A DNA stretch of 64,000 bases from Dehalococcoidia bacterium (GTDB lineage: Bacteria; Chloroflexota; Dehalococcoidia; Bin125), in the NCBI GenBank assembly GCA_963663895.2, contig CAXXRD010000005.1, positions 189,859 to 253,858 of the forward strand, written 5' to 3'. The translations under genes and the position numbers were made by a program. Under the pieces are notes generated by a model. It was not told the origin of the DNA. It searched no databases and saw only the letters and a program-made list of their open reading frames with translations. Of the stretch, positions 1-9,484 are shown in pieces. Position 1 is the first letter of the stretch. Every line of letters begins with the position of its first letter.

Positions 1-429
1 CCGCGAGCCGTGACGCCTCCGGCCAGGCGAGCCGCTGGGACGGTGCCGGCAACGGAGCCTCCTGCTCCCCCGTCGCCGCCTCGTCGTCGTGAACTGTCGC
101 CGCAAGAGGAGATGCTGCGCGCGATCCGGCAGGGGGTCAAAGCGCGCGGAGACGGCGCGCTGGCTGCCTGGCTCAATTCCTCTTGTCGGATCACCGAGAT
201 GAGCGATGACACGCTCACGCTTGGTTTCTTCCCTAACTACGTGAAGATCCACAAGGGTAAGGTCGAAGAAGGCCGTGACGTGCTGGCCGCAGTGGCCAGC
301 GAAATCGTTGGTCGGCCGATGGCGATCCGCTGCACTGTGGCCGACGACGCTGAGCAGACGAAGCATAGTGCGCTGGTCGAAGAGGCGGAGCGGCTGGGTG
401 CGCGTGTGATAAGCAAGGCGGAAGGCTAA
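1..429 (+). CDS. dnaX: C-terminal part of DNA polymerase III subunit gamma/tau (5'-truncated by window edge)
   Basis: Pro-rich linker followed by a tau C-terminal-like domain (LTLGF...LVEEAERLGARVI); canonical position upstream of ybaB-recR. Confidence 0.7.
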   Translation, partial: PRAVTPPARRAAGTVPATEPPAPPSPPRRRELSPQEEMLRAIRQGVKARGDGALAAWLNSSCRITEMSDDTLTLGFFPNYVKIHKGKVEEGRDVLAAVASEIVGRPMAIRCTVADDAEQTKHSALVEEAERLGARVISKAEG

Positions 430-444
430 AGAGCGGAGCGCGAT

Positions 445-816
445 TTGGCGAAATCTCGCGGTGGAATGTTCCGGCAGCCCAAGCGCGGACCGAAGGGGGC
501 GGGGGGCGGCATGTCTCCGGACGTGCTGCGTCGCGCGCAAGAGTTGCAAGCACAGATTGCCCAGGCGCAGGGAGAGCTGAAGGAGGCGACAGTCGAGGCG
601 AGTGCGGGCGGGGGGGCGCTCACCGTCGAAATGACCGGCGCGCACAAACTCAAGGCCGTGCGCGTCGATCCGGAGATCCTGGACCCTGATGATCCCGAGA
701 TGGTGCAGGATCTGATCATCGCGGCGGTGAATGATGCGGTCGATAAGCTTGCGGCGAAGCAAGCCGATCGCATGGCGGACTTCACGGACGGCCTCTCGCT
801 GCCAGGGTTGACGTAG
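445..816 (+). CDS. ybaB: YbaB/EbfC family nucleoid-associated protein
   Basis: AQELQAQI...VEASAGGG...DPEMVQDLIIAAVNDA motifs; lies between dnaX and recR. Confidence 0.93.
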   Translation: MAKSRGGMFRQPKRGPKGAGGGMSPDVLRRAQELQAQIAQAQGELKEATVEASAGGGALTVEMTGAHKLKAVRVDPEILDPDDPEMVQDLIIAAVNDAVDKLAAKQADRMADFTDGLSLPGLT

Positions 817-819
817 GCA

Positions 820-1470
820 GTGAACGGCAGGCCGCTGGTCACGGCGCCGCCGGTGGCGCGCCTGATCGAAGCGTTCCACCGGCTGCCTGGCATTGGGCCG
901 AAGAGCGCCCAGCGGTTGGCGTATCACGTCCTGCGCGCTCCGCGGGCGGAGGCGGAAGCTCTGGCGGCTGCGCTGGTCGATGTGAAGGATCGGGTCCGCC
1001 TTTGCAGTCGCTGCCAGAACGTAACGGAGCAGGACCCCTGCGATCTCTGCTCCGACGGGGCGCGGGACCAGGGACTGATCTGTGTGGTCGAGGAGCCGCT
1101 GGACACTCTGGCGGTGGAGCGAGCGGGAGTCTACGCGGGCCTCTACCACGTGTTGCACGGCGCTCTTAGTCCGATGGACGGAGTGGGCCCCGAGAAGATC
1201 AAGATCCGGGAGCTCGTCGAGCGGGTGAGCCGTGGGGGCGTGCGGGAAGTGATCTTGGCGACAAACGCCACGATGGAGGGCGACGCGACGGCAAGCTATC
1301 TCGTGCGCTTGCTCCAGCCGTCCGGGGTGGCGGTTACGCGTATCGCGCGCGGACTGCCCGTCGGCGCAGACGTGGAGTATGCGGACGAGATCACGCTGGG
1401 CCGAGCGCTGCGGCAGCGGGTGCCGGTTGAGACGGAGGAGGGGACCGCCGTCGAAGGCGGGGAGCGGTAG
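820..1470 (+). CDS. recR: Recombination mediator RecR
   Basis: LPGIGPKSAQRLA HhH, C4 zinc finger, YHVLHGALSP, Toprim EVILATNATMEG. Confidence 0.97.
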   Translation: MNGRPLVTAPPVARLIEAFHRLPGIGPKSAQRLAYHVLRAPRAEAEALAAALVDVKDRVRLCSRCQNVTEQDPCDLCSDGARDQGLICVVEEPLDTLAVERAGVYAGLYHVLHGALSPMDGVGPEKIKIRELVERVSRGGVREVILATNATMEGDATASYLVRLLQPSGVAVTRIARGLPVGADVEYADEITLGRALRQRVPVETEEGTAVEGGER

Positions 1471-1472
1471 CG

Positions 1473-2258
1473 GTGGCGCTTCGCATCTACCGAACCGAAG
1501 CCGTCGTCCTCCGTCAGCGGCGCCTGGGCGATGCCGGTAAGATCTGCGTGCTGTTTACGCCCAACCTCGGGCGTATTGAGGCGGTCGCGAAGGGTGTACG
1601 CCGTCCCCGGAGCAAGCTAGCCGGGCATCTGGAGCCATTGACGCGAGTATCTCTGCTGCTGGCGAAGGGGCGATCGCTCGATACCATCACGCAAGCGCAG
1701 GCGTTGGATAGCTTCGCGCCGCTGCGCGAAGAGATCGAGCGTCTCAGCCGGGCGTTGTACGTAGCGGAACTCGTCGATCGCATGACGGACGCGGCTCCCG
1801 ATGTCGGCGGGCTCTACCGCTTGCTGATCGATACCATCGAGCGTCTCGGCGCGACCGAGGCGCTGGACCTCGCGGTACGCTGGTTTGAGATGCGGCTGCT
1901 GATGGAGCAGGGCTACCAGCCCAATCTGGAGCGATGCGTCCGCTGCAATGCCGAACTGGCGCTCGAGGGCAACGGCTTCGCCGCACTCGCGGGCGGCGTG
2001 GTCTGTCCGGGTTGCCGCGAAGCGCCCGGGAGCCGGCCATTGTCCGGGGCCGCGTTCAAGCTGTTACGCTACATGCAACGCAGACCGTTCGCTGAAGTGG
2101 CTCGCGTTCGCGTCGATGCGGTGTTGGGTCGAGAGCTGGAGATGCACCTTCGGCAGGCCGTTCAGGCGGCGCTGGACCAAGAGGTGAAGGCCGGAGAGTT
2201 CGTCGATGCTGTGCGTGCGACCAGCCCGGTTGCAGCCCAACGGAGCGGAAGGCGTTAG
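1473..2258 (+). CDS. recO: DNA repair protein RecO
   Basis: YRTEAVVLR...AVAKGVRRPRS...LEP N-terminal OB fold; CxxC...CxxC zinc finger. Confidence 0.95.
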   Translation: MALRIYRTEAVVLRQRRLGDAGKICVLFTPNLGRIEAVAKGVRRPRSKLAGHLEPLTRVSLLLAKGRSLDTITQAQALDSFAPLREEIERLSRALYVAELVDRMTDAAPDVGGLYRLLIDTIERLGATEALDLAVRWFEMRLLMEQGYQPNLERCVRCNAELALEGNGFAALAGGVVCPGCREAPGSRPLSGAAFKLLRYMQRRPFAEVARVRVDAVLGRELEMHLRQAVQAALDQEVKAGEFVDAVRATSPVAAQRSGRR

Positions 2259-2260
2259 CG

Positions 2261-2701
2261 ATGCCGGTGTATGAGTATTACTGCGAGCCCTGCGACGGCA
2301 TCTTCGAGCTGGTTCGAACGATGCGCGAAGCCGATGAGCCGGGTTCGTGTCCGCTCTGCGACGAGGATGCCCAGCGTGTCATGCCGTCAACCTTCAATGC
2401 CTTCATCGTGCGCGGCGGTTTTCCCCGCAAGATCCCTGACAAAGGCACTTACTGGCATATGGGTAAAGAGGTGTCACAGCTATCGCGCGGCGGTAATCCC
2501 TATACCCATGCGGAGCTCGAGGCGAAAAAGGGGAAGCAGACGCCGCCGGTGTCCAAGCAGGATTTTGTCGATGCGGTGGATAAGCGCCGAGAGGAACGCC
2601 GCGCGAAGCGCGAAAGACGTCGCGCTGAACTTGAGAATAAATGGCACTGGAAGGATAAGCGCGGCGAGTTGGTGAAGAGGAAAGGCTTTCGCAAGAGCTA
2701 G
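2261..2701 (+). CDS. FmdB-family zinc-ribbon protein with basic C-terminal tail
   Basis: MPVYEYYCEPC...CPLC signature. Confidence 0.85.
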   Translation: MPVYEYYCEPCDGIFELVRTMREADEPGSCPLCDEDAQRVMPSTFNAFIVRGGFPRKIPDKGTYWHMGKEVSQLSRGGNPYTHAELEAKKGKQTPPVSKQDFVDAVDKRREERRAKRERRRAELENKWHWKDKRGELVKRKGFRKS

Positions 2702-2723
2702 CGCTCAGGCGCTGCGCCTCTCT

Positions 2724-3704
2724 CTAGAAGCTCCGGCCGGTAATGAACGCGGCGATATCCTCCAGCGCTCGCCGGTGAGATCCGTTTGGCAAGGGCTCCA
2801 GTGCGCGCAAGGCCGTATCGCGCCACTCCAGCGCAATGGCGTTTGAGCAGCCGAGGATGTCAGCGTCCGCGATCGCCTGCAGCACTGCTTGGAGCTGCTG
2901 GGCGCGAGCATCAGGATCTTCCGTGACGAACAGCCGTCGCACCGGATTGTCTTTCGGGTTCGCTTCCATCAGTAAGATCGCGGGCAGTGTGAGCGTGCCG
3001 GCTAGCAAGTCCCCTCCGACAGGCTTGCCCAGCGTCTCGGCGTCGCTGGTGAAGTCGAGGATGTCATCCACGATTTGGAAGGCCATGCCCACGGAGTGAC
3101 CGTACGAGCGCAGCGCGCAGACGACTCTTTCGTCGGCGTGAGCCAGCATCGCACCCCCGGTGCCGGCCGTGGCGAAGAGGGAAGCGGTTTTACCGTCGAT
3201 ACGCTCGTAGTAGTCGCGCAAGTTCCCGGCTGCCATGTCGTAAGCGCTGATATCTTGGCTCAGCTCGCCTTTGGCCATGACCATGAGGGTCTCGGCGAAG
3301 AGCCGGACGACCCGGATATCGTCGGTGCGCGCGACGAGCTCCGCAGCGTGCGCGAACATGTAGTCGCCCAGCATGACGCTGGCGGCGTTGTCATAGTTGG
3401 AATTAGCGGTCGGGCGACCGCGCCGCGTGTCGGCGGTGTCGATCACGTCGTCGTGGACGAGCGTCGCCGTGTGCAACAGCTCGATCGAAGCGGCCAGCGG
3501 CACCTGTCGGTCGCTGTCGTACGTTCCAAACCCCCCGGCTAGGAGCGCAATCGCCGGGCGCAAGCGCTTACCGCCCCGGTGGAGGACGTGCTGAAGCATC
3601 TCCGTGAGGGGCGCGTAATCAGCGGTCGCTACCGAAGTGAGCGTCTCTTCGACGCGGGCGAGATCTTCGGCGACCGGTCCGTAAAGCGCCGTCACGCTTG
3701 TCAT
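2724..3704 (-). CDS. Polyprenyl diphosphate synthase
   Basis: GGKRLRP, LVHDDVIDxxDxRRG, FQIVDDILD motifs; ATG at 3704 overlaps the tatD stop (ATGA). Confidence 0.94.
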   Translation of the reverse strand: MTSVTALYGPVAEDLARVEETLTSVATADYAPLTEMLQHVLHRGGKRLRPAIALLAGGFGTYDSDRQVPLAASIELLHTATLVHDDVIDTADTRRGRPTANSNYDNAASVMLGDYMFAHAAELVARTDDIRVVRLFAETLMVMAKGELSQDISAYDMAAGNLRDYYERIDGKTASLFATAGTGGAMLAHADERVVCALRSYGHSVGMAFQIVDDILDFTSDAETLGKPVGGDLLAGTLTLPAILLMEANPKDNPVRRLFVTEDPDARAQQLQAVLQAIADADILGCSNAIALEWRDTALRALEPLPNGSHRRALEDIAAFITGRSF

Positions 3705-4516
3705 GCAGGGATTCCGCAGGTGGAGGATGCAACGGGCAGGCGGAAGAGCCGTCTTGCATTTTCGCCGCAAATGGTGAGCAATTCGTCGCCGTCGGTTCCG
3801 CGCAGCTTCGCGATGTAACGAGCCGTTTCGAAGATGCGCTCGGGCTCATTGCGTTGCCCACGCCAGCGCTGGGGTGGGAGATAGGGCGCGTCGGTCTCGA
3901 CGACCAAAGACTCCAGCGGGATGACTGTCGCTACCGAGCGGGTACGGTCGCTTTTGGGGTAGGTGACGGGCCCGGCGATCGAGATGAGGAACCCCAGCTG
4001 GATGTAGCGCATGGCGAGGGCGGTATCGCCGGCGAAGCAATGCAGCACGCCCAGCGGGTAGCCGCAAGTGGCGCTGGGCGCCCATTCTGCCAGGATGGAC
4101 GCGGCGGGCTCGTCCGCTGCGCGTACGTGCACCACCACGGGCAAGTGCAGCTCGTTCGCGGTTTCCAGCTGCTCGTGGAAGGCGCGCTGCTGGGCGCTCT
4201 GTGGTGAGAGGAGACGAAAGTAGTCCAGCCCTATCTCACCGATCGCCACGACTGCGTCGCGTCGGGCTAGGGCGACGAGTCGCTCGCGCAGGTGCGTGTC
4301 CCAGTCCTTGGCATCGTGAGGGTGCAGGCCGACCGTGGCGAAGACGTCGGATTCGGCTTCCGCCAGCGCAACGGCGGCTTCGCACTCGACTCGGTCCGTG
4401 CCGACGGTCACGATCGCTGCAAGGCCGGCCGCACGGGCGCGGGCGAGTACGGAGGCCCGGTCCGAATCGAAAGCGCGATCGTGGAGATGGGCGTGTGTGT
4501 CGATGAGGCCGCTCAT
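3701..4516 (-). CDS. tatD: TatD family hydrolase
   Basis: IDTHAHL, GLHPH, AIGEIGLDY, VLHCF, ETDAPYL, RNEP. Confidence 0.95.
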   Translation of the reverse strand: MSGLIDTHAHLHDRAFDSDRASVLARARAAGLAAIVTVGTDRVECEAAVALAEAESDVFATVGLHPHDAKDWDTHLRERLVALARRDAVVAIGEIGLDYFRLLSPQSAQQRAFHEQLETANELHLPVVVHVRAADEPAASILAEWAPSATCGYPLGVLHCFAGDTALAMRYIQLGFLISIAGPVTYPKSDRTRSVATVIPLESLVVETDAPYLPPQRWRGQRNEPERIFETARYIAKLRGTDGDELLTICGENARRLFRLPVASSTCGIPA

Positions 4517-6180
4517 GCGCCGAGCCGTGCTTCCTCTTTCTCGATGATGCTCGGATCGAGCTTGCGGAACAGCGGCTGAGGGTCGCCCAGCTTGGTTCCT
4601 GGCTCGAGCGCGGCGAGACGCCAGCCAGCCTCCTCTACGGTACCTTGCGCGCCAAGGTATCCGTGCAGCACTGTGCAGGTGAACGGCAGATAGGGATACA
4701 GCGCGGTGCGCAGCCCTGCGATGACGTTGAGCGTCGTGTACAGCGACCGGGCGGCCGCCTGCCGGTTCGAAGCGATGGTGCGCCAGGGCGCCGTAGAGTC
4801 GAGGTAGCGGTTCGCCTCTTGCGCCAGTCCGAAAGCGGTTTGCAGGCCCTGTCGGAGATGCACCGCGTGGAGTGACGCATCGACGCTGTCCAGCGCCGAC
4901 TGCGTGGCGTCCAGCAGCCGTCGTGCCTCTTCATCAAGGGGGCCCGGGTCTGGCACCTTCCCGTCGAAGTGGCGGGCGGTGAAGGTCAAGACACGGTTGA
5001 CGAGGTTGCCCCAGGTGCCGACCAGCTCGTCGTTATTGCGCCGTAAGAACTCCGACCAACTGAAGTCGCTATCGCTGGTCTCCGGCATCTGTGCGGCGAG
5101 CGCGTAGCGGAGCGGATCGGGGTCATGGCGTGATAGGTAATCGAGAACCCAGACGGCCCAGTTTTGACTTGTGCTGGCCTTGCTCCCCGACATGGTGATG
5201 TATTGGTTGGCGGGTACGTCGTAGGGGAGGGCCAGTCCGCCGACGCCCATCAACATGGCCGGCCAGACGATCGTGTGGAATGGGACGTTGTCCTTGCCGA
5301 TAAAGTAGTACGACTTCGCATCAGGGTTCTGCCAGAAGTCGCGCCAGGCATCCGGATCGCCCGTGCGCTGGGCCCACTCTTTGACGGCGGAGAGGTAGCC
5401 GATTACCGCCTCGAACCAGACGTAGATCCGTTTCTGGGTGAAACCATCAACTGGGACGGGCACGCCCCAGCCGATGTCGCGGGTAATGGGGCGGTCGTGG
5501 AGCCCTTCGCGGAGCATGCCGAGGCTGAAATTCAGCACATGCTTTCGCCAGTGGTCTTTGTCGTGGCCGAGCCACTCTTCAAGTTGGTCGTTCAGCGCCG
5601 AGAGCTTGAGGAAGTAATGCTCGCTTTCGCGCAGCACTGGGGTAGTGCCGCTGATCTTGCTCCGCGGAGCGATCAAATCCGCCGCGTTGAGCTGGCGGCC
5701 ACAGTCATCGCATTGATCACCCCGTGCCTTGTCGTAGTCGCAGTGCGGGCAGGTGCCCTCAACGTAGCGATCCGGAAGGAAGCGTTGCGCTTCGGCGTCG
5801 AAGTGGAGCGTCTGCGTTGCCGTGTAGAGGTAGCCCGCGTTGAGCAGGCTGCGGAAAATGTCCTGCGAGACGGTTGCATGGTTGGCGGTGGCGGTGGATG
5901 TGAAGAGATCGAATGAGATCCCGATCCGTTGCCAGGTTTCCAGGAAGCCGGCGTGGTATTCCTCTACTACCTCGCCCGGCGTCCGGTCCTCGTTCTCGGC
6001 GCGGACAGTGACGGGCGTACCGTGCGCATCTGAGCCGGAAACCATGAGAACGCGATTCCCCTTGGTGCGGTGGTAGCGGGCAAAGATGTCGGCGGGGAGG
6101 TAGGCGCCGCCGAGCTGTCCGTGATGAATCGGCCCGTTGGCGTAGGGCCAGGCGACCGCGACCAGGATCGTCTCACTCAC
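4513..6180 (-). CDS. metG: Methionine--tRNA ligase
   Basis: AWPYANGPIHHG (HIGH-like), GSDAHG, zinc knuckle, YVWFEAVIGY, KASTS; start taken at GTG 6180, not the ORF-finder extension. Confidence 0.96.
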   Translation of the reverse strand: MSETILVAVAWPYANGPIHHGQLGGAYLPADIFARYHRTKGNRVLMVSGSDAHGTPVTVRAENEDRTPGEVVEEYHAGFLETWQRIGISFDLFTSTATANHATVSQDIFRSLLNAGYLYTATQTLHFDAEAQRFLPDRYVEGTCPHCDYDKARGDQCDDCGRQLNAADLIAPRSKISGTTPVLRESEHYFLKLSALNDQLEEWLGHDKDHWRKHVLNFSLGMLREGLHDRPITRDIGWGVPVPVDGFTQKRIYVWFEAVIGYLSAVKEWAQRTGDPDAWRDFWQNPDAKSYYFIGKDNVPFHTIVWPAMLMGVGGLALPYDVPANQYITMSGSKASTSQNWAVWVLDYLSRHDPDPLRYALAAQMPETSDSDFSWSEFLRRNNDELVGTWGNLVNRVLTFTARHFDGKVPDPGPLDEEARRLLDATQSALDSVDASLHAVHLRQGLQTAFGLAQEANRYLDSTAPWRTIASNRQAAARSLYTTLNVIAGLRTALYPYLPFTCTVLHGYLGAQGTVEEAGWRLAALEPGTKLGDPQPLFRKLDPSIIEKEEARLGA

Positions 6181-6334
6181 ACCGGGCTCACTTCGGTGAC
6201 GGATAGGTCGCTCACGAACGAGAGATCCTGCGCAACGCTGGCTGCCGAGCGCGCGGAAGGCGCGCTGAGCGTGACGATCGCTTGTCGTTGATGGTACCAA
6301 GCACACCGCGGCGTGTCTGAGCTGGTGCGCCCGG

Positions 6335-7156
6335 CTAGTGCTGCTCTGTAGCCCACAGAGCGTAGACCGCTTGGCGCGGCCTACCCGCGGCGGCGGCGAC
6401 GGCCGCCGCCGCCTTGGAACGGCTGACGCCGTTATCGCGCTGGGCGAGGAGGGCGGCGCGGACTTCGTCATCGGACCAGGCGCGGGGCTGGTCGCTGGGG
6501 ACGAGCAAGAGCGTGAATTCCCCTCGGGGACTGCTGAAGTGCGCGAGCGCCTCCTCTGGCGTGCCACGCCAGATCTCTTCGTGGAGCTTGGTTAACTCCC
6601 GCCCGACGACCAGTTGAGCCGTGGGCAGGAGATCCGTGATCTCCGCGAGGGTCTGTCGTAGGCGATGCGGTGACTCGAAAGCGATCACGGGGTCGGTCCC
6701 CTTCGCTAGCGTGGTGAGCAGGCGCCGCCGTTCGGCCGTGCGTTTGGGCAGGAAGCCGATAATCGTGACAGTCCGGGTGCGCGTCCCCGCCACCGAGAGC
6801 AACGCCGTTGCGGCGGATGGCCCTGGAATGGGGGTGACGGCCGCCCCCGCCTCGACTGCGGCGGCGACGAGATCCTGGCCGGGATCCGAGAGGCCGGGCG
6901 TTCCTGCGTCGCAGATCAGTGCGACGCTGTCACCCGCTCGGAGCGCGTTCAGGAGACGCTGGGTGGTACGGCGCTTATTACGATCGTTGTAGGAAAGGCA
7001 ACGAGCCTCAATGGCAAGATGACGTAAGAGCTTCTTGGCTGTCTGAACACGCTCTGCCGCAACGATCTCAGCCTCGGCGAGAACGCGCGCCGCTCGGGCC
7101 GATAGGTCCTCAAGGTTGCCGATTGGCGTCGCAACGACGTAAAGCGTGCCCGGCAC
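6335..7156 (-). CDS. rsmI: 16S rRNA (C1402) 2'-O-methyltransferase
   Basis: LYVVATPIGNLEDLS, DAGTPGLSDPG, FESPHRL, RELTKLHEE. Confidence 0.95.
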   Translation of the reverse strand: MPGTLYVVATPIGNLEDLSARAARVLAEAEIVAAERVQTAKKLLRHLAIEARCLSYNDRNKRRTTQRLLNALRAGDSVALICDAGTPGLSDPGQDLVAAAVEAGAAVTPIPGPSAATALLSVAGTRTRTVTIIGFLPKRTAERRRLLTTLAKGTDPVIAFESPHRLRQTLAEITDLLPTAQLVVGRELTKLHEEIWRGTPEEALAHFSSPRGEFTLLLVPSDQPRAWSDDEVRAALLAQRDNGVSRSKAAAAVAAAAGRPRQAVYALWATEQH

Positions 7157-7265
7157 GCGGGAAAGTATAGAGCCGCCCCGCCGCAAACGTGGCGCAGCGT
7201 TCGGCCACGTGCGCGCTGTGATAAGCGCGATAAGCTGGGCTTTGCTCGGCTCCGGCGACGGCGCG

Positions 7266-7447
7266 TATACTTCGCGCACTTACTCAGTGCGCTTGAAGAG
7301 GACTGAGTGATACAGCAGCGGAGGGTGGATCGCTTGCCTGGGCCTGCTGCCCCGACCCCAGAGACTGGAAATGCCGCGCGGCCGAATGCCGCGCGGTTTG
7401 CGTATGGGGCACTGGACAGCAGTGCTCCCTACGAGGAAAGGGAAGCC
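7266..7447 (+). promoter_or_regulatory. Putative -10 box (TATACT 7266-7271) and structured 5' leader of the guaB-like gene
   Basis: Four successive stem-loops between the -10 box and the SD (GAGGAAAGGG); no known family recognised. Confidence 0.4.
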
Positions 7448-8584
7448 ATGTCGATTCCGTACTTGAAAGACCTGCGTCAAGCGTACGGTTTCGATGACGT
7501 GGCGATCGTCCCCGGCACGACCACTCTTAATCCGGATATGACCGATGTTCAGCTGGCCGTGGGCGAACTCCGGTTCGAGTTGCCGATTCTCGCGGCTGCG
7601 ATGGACGCCGTCGTCGATCCCCAGGTGGCGATCGCCTATGGCCGTATGGGCGGGCTGGCCGTGCTCAACTTGGAGGGCTTGCAGTGCCGGTTCGATGAGC
7701 CGTGCGAGATTTTGCAACGGGTCGCGGCGGCCGACAAGACCGGGGCGACCGCGATCTTGCAGGAAGCGTACCGTGCGCCTGTCCGCGATGACTTGGTCGC
7801 TCAACGGATCCAAGAGATCCGGGCAGGCGGTGTGCCCGCTGCGGTTGCTGCCACGCCGGCGAAAACCAAGCATTTGGCGTCGGTTGCCGAGGAAGCAGGC
7901 GCGGATCTCTTCGTCGTACAGTCCACGGTGACAACGGCGCGGCACATTTCACACTCGCTCCGTGGGCTGATCCTGAACGAGCTCGTGGATCAGGTTTCGA
8001 TGCCAGTGATCGTTGGCAATACCGTCAGTTATCAGGGTGCCCTGGAGTTGTTTCGTGAGGGCATCGCGGGATTGCTTGTCGGAGTGGGGCCCGGCGCTGC
8101 CTGCACCAGCCGTGAAGTGTTGGGCGTGGGGGTGCCGCAAGTCACGGCGACCATTGATTGCGCTGCCGCCCGCGACAAGTACTACGCTGATAGCGGCCGC
8201 TACGTGCCGATCATTACCGATGGAGGCATCCGCACGGGCGGCGACATGTGCAAGGCTTTCGTGGCCGGAGCGGACGCGGTCATGCTGGGATCGCCCTTCG
8301 CAGGGACGGCAGAGGCGCCGGGTGGTGGCTTCCATTGGGGCATGGCGACGGCCCACGCGGACCTGCCGCGCGGCGTGCGGGTGGAGGTTGGCCAGCGCAC
8401 GACGCTGCAGCGGCTGCTGTTCGGTCCGACAAGCAGGACGAACGGCAGCGAGAATCTCGCCGGCGCCCTCCGCACCTGCATGGCGATGGTGGGCGCACGC
8501 AACATCCGTGAGATGCACCGAGCCGAGATGGTGATCGCTCCCGCAATCAAAACCGAAGGCAAGCTCTACCAGCTTTCGCAATAG
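7448..8584 (+). CDS. guaB: GuaB3-type IMP dehydrogenase-related protein (no CBS domains)
   Basis: AYGFDDVAIVP, AAAMDAVV, VGVGPGAACTSREVLGVGVPQ, IITDGGIRTGGD. Confidence 0.9.
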   Translation: MSIPYLKDLRQAYGFDDVAIVPGTTTLNPDMTDVQLAVGELRFELPILAAAMDAVVDPQVAIAYGRMGGLAVLNLEGLQCRFDEPCEILQRVAAADKTGATAILQEAYRAPVRDDLVAQRIQEIRAGGVPAAVAATPAKTKHLASVAEEAGADLFVVQSTVTTARHISHSLRGLILNELVDQVSMPVIVGNTVSYQGALELFREGIAGLLVGVGPGAACTSREVLGVGVPQVTATIDCAAARDKYYADSGRYVPIITDGGIRTGGDMCKAFVAGADAVMLGSPFAGTAEAPGGGFHWGMATAHADLPRGVRVEVGQRTTLQRLLFGPTSRTNGSENLAGALRTCMAMVGARNIREMHRAEMVIAPAIKTEGKLYQLSQ

Positions 8585-8614
8585 CTCGCGTCGGGCAGCA
8601 GTGGTTTAGGGCTG

Positions 8615-9484
8615 TTAGCCAGCGGCGACGCGGAGCGCGCGCGCGTCCCCACCCAAGTCCTGTAGAAGATCAAGCTTGGCGTCGGGCAGGAGCTGGCGTG
8701 CTGCGTCGCTGACCTGATCGGCGCAGTGTGGATCGATCTCCAGCACGGCTATCCCTCGGGGAGCCAGCCGGCGTGCGAGCTGCGTGAGTAGCCGTAGGAT
8801 GAGATCGGCGCCGTTGCCACCGGGCGTGACGAGCGCTTGGCGCGGCTCGAAGTCGGCGATCTCGGGCGGGAGCTGCTCCAGTGCTTCCTCGGAGATATAC
8901 GGGAGATTGGCGACGATGCAGTCGACCGGGCCGGCCAGGGCCGTGAGCAAGTCCGCCTGTAGCCAGAGTCGAGGGGTTTTGGGGATGAGACGGGCGCCGT
9001 TCGCGGCCGCGACGCGCAGCGCCGAGCGCGACTGATCGATGCCGACCAGCCGGACGCCGCGGCGATTCTTCGCGATGGCGATGCCGAGGGCGCCGGAACC
9101 GGTTCCCACGTCCACGACGAGCGCTTGACGCACCCGTTGTCCTTTGAGGGCATCCAAGGCTGTCTCGACCAGCAGCTCCGACTCCGGGCGGGGGATGAGG
9201 ACGTCGGGTGTGACCTGTATGTCGAGACCATAGAACTCGCGGTGCCCAATGATGTAGGCCAACGGCTCACGTCGTGCCCGCCGTGCCAGGGCTGCCTCGA
9301 ATTCCAGCTGGGCTGCGGGATCGACGGTTTCGGTGAGGTTGGCGTAGAGATCGGAGCGCGTGCGGCCGCTGGCGTGACGCAGGAGGACTTCCGCCTCGAA
9401 GCGGGCGTCGTCCACGCCTGCACGGTTCAGACGATCGGCGCCATCCATCCAGGCGTCCCGCAGCGTCGCTGGAAGCGGGCTCAT
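8615..9484 (-). CDS. prmC: Release factor glutamine methyltransferase
   Basis: [30 protein letters not shown]; follows prfA with ATGA overlap. Confidence 0.95.
   Translation of the reverse strand: MSPLPATLRDAWMDGADRLNRAGVDDARFEAEVLLRHASGRTRSDLYANLTETVDPAAQLEFEAALARRARREPLAYIIGHREFYGLDIQVTPDVLIPRPESELLVETALDALKGQRVRQALVVDVGTGSGALGIAIAKNRRGVRLVGIDQSRSALRVAAANGARLIPKTPRLWLQADLLTALAGPVDCIVANLPYISEEALEQLPPEIADFEPRQALVTPGGNGADLILRLLTQLARRLAPRGIAVLEIDPHCADQVSDAARQLLPDAKLDLLQDLGGDARALRVAAG

Noticed and set aside
6181-6334. T-box or SAM riboswitch upstream of metG
   Set aside because: No T-box (GGTGGNACCGCG) or SAM-I core found; too short
6181-6567. N-terminal extension of metG in the ORF track (likewise prmC to 10177, prfA to 10704, carA to 56208, GT2 from 30280, lipoprotein from 58877, rpmJ to 62305)
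   Set aside because: The extensions run into neighbouring genes or intergenic DNA and lack family motifs; they are open frames expected in high-GC DNA
7300-7350. ZTP riboswitch suggested by GACTG...GTGG...GCCTGGGC
   Set aside because: The CCAC partner and P1/pseudoknot arrangement are missing; kept only as an unclassified leader
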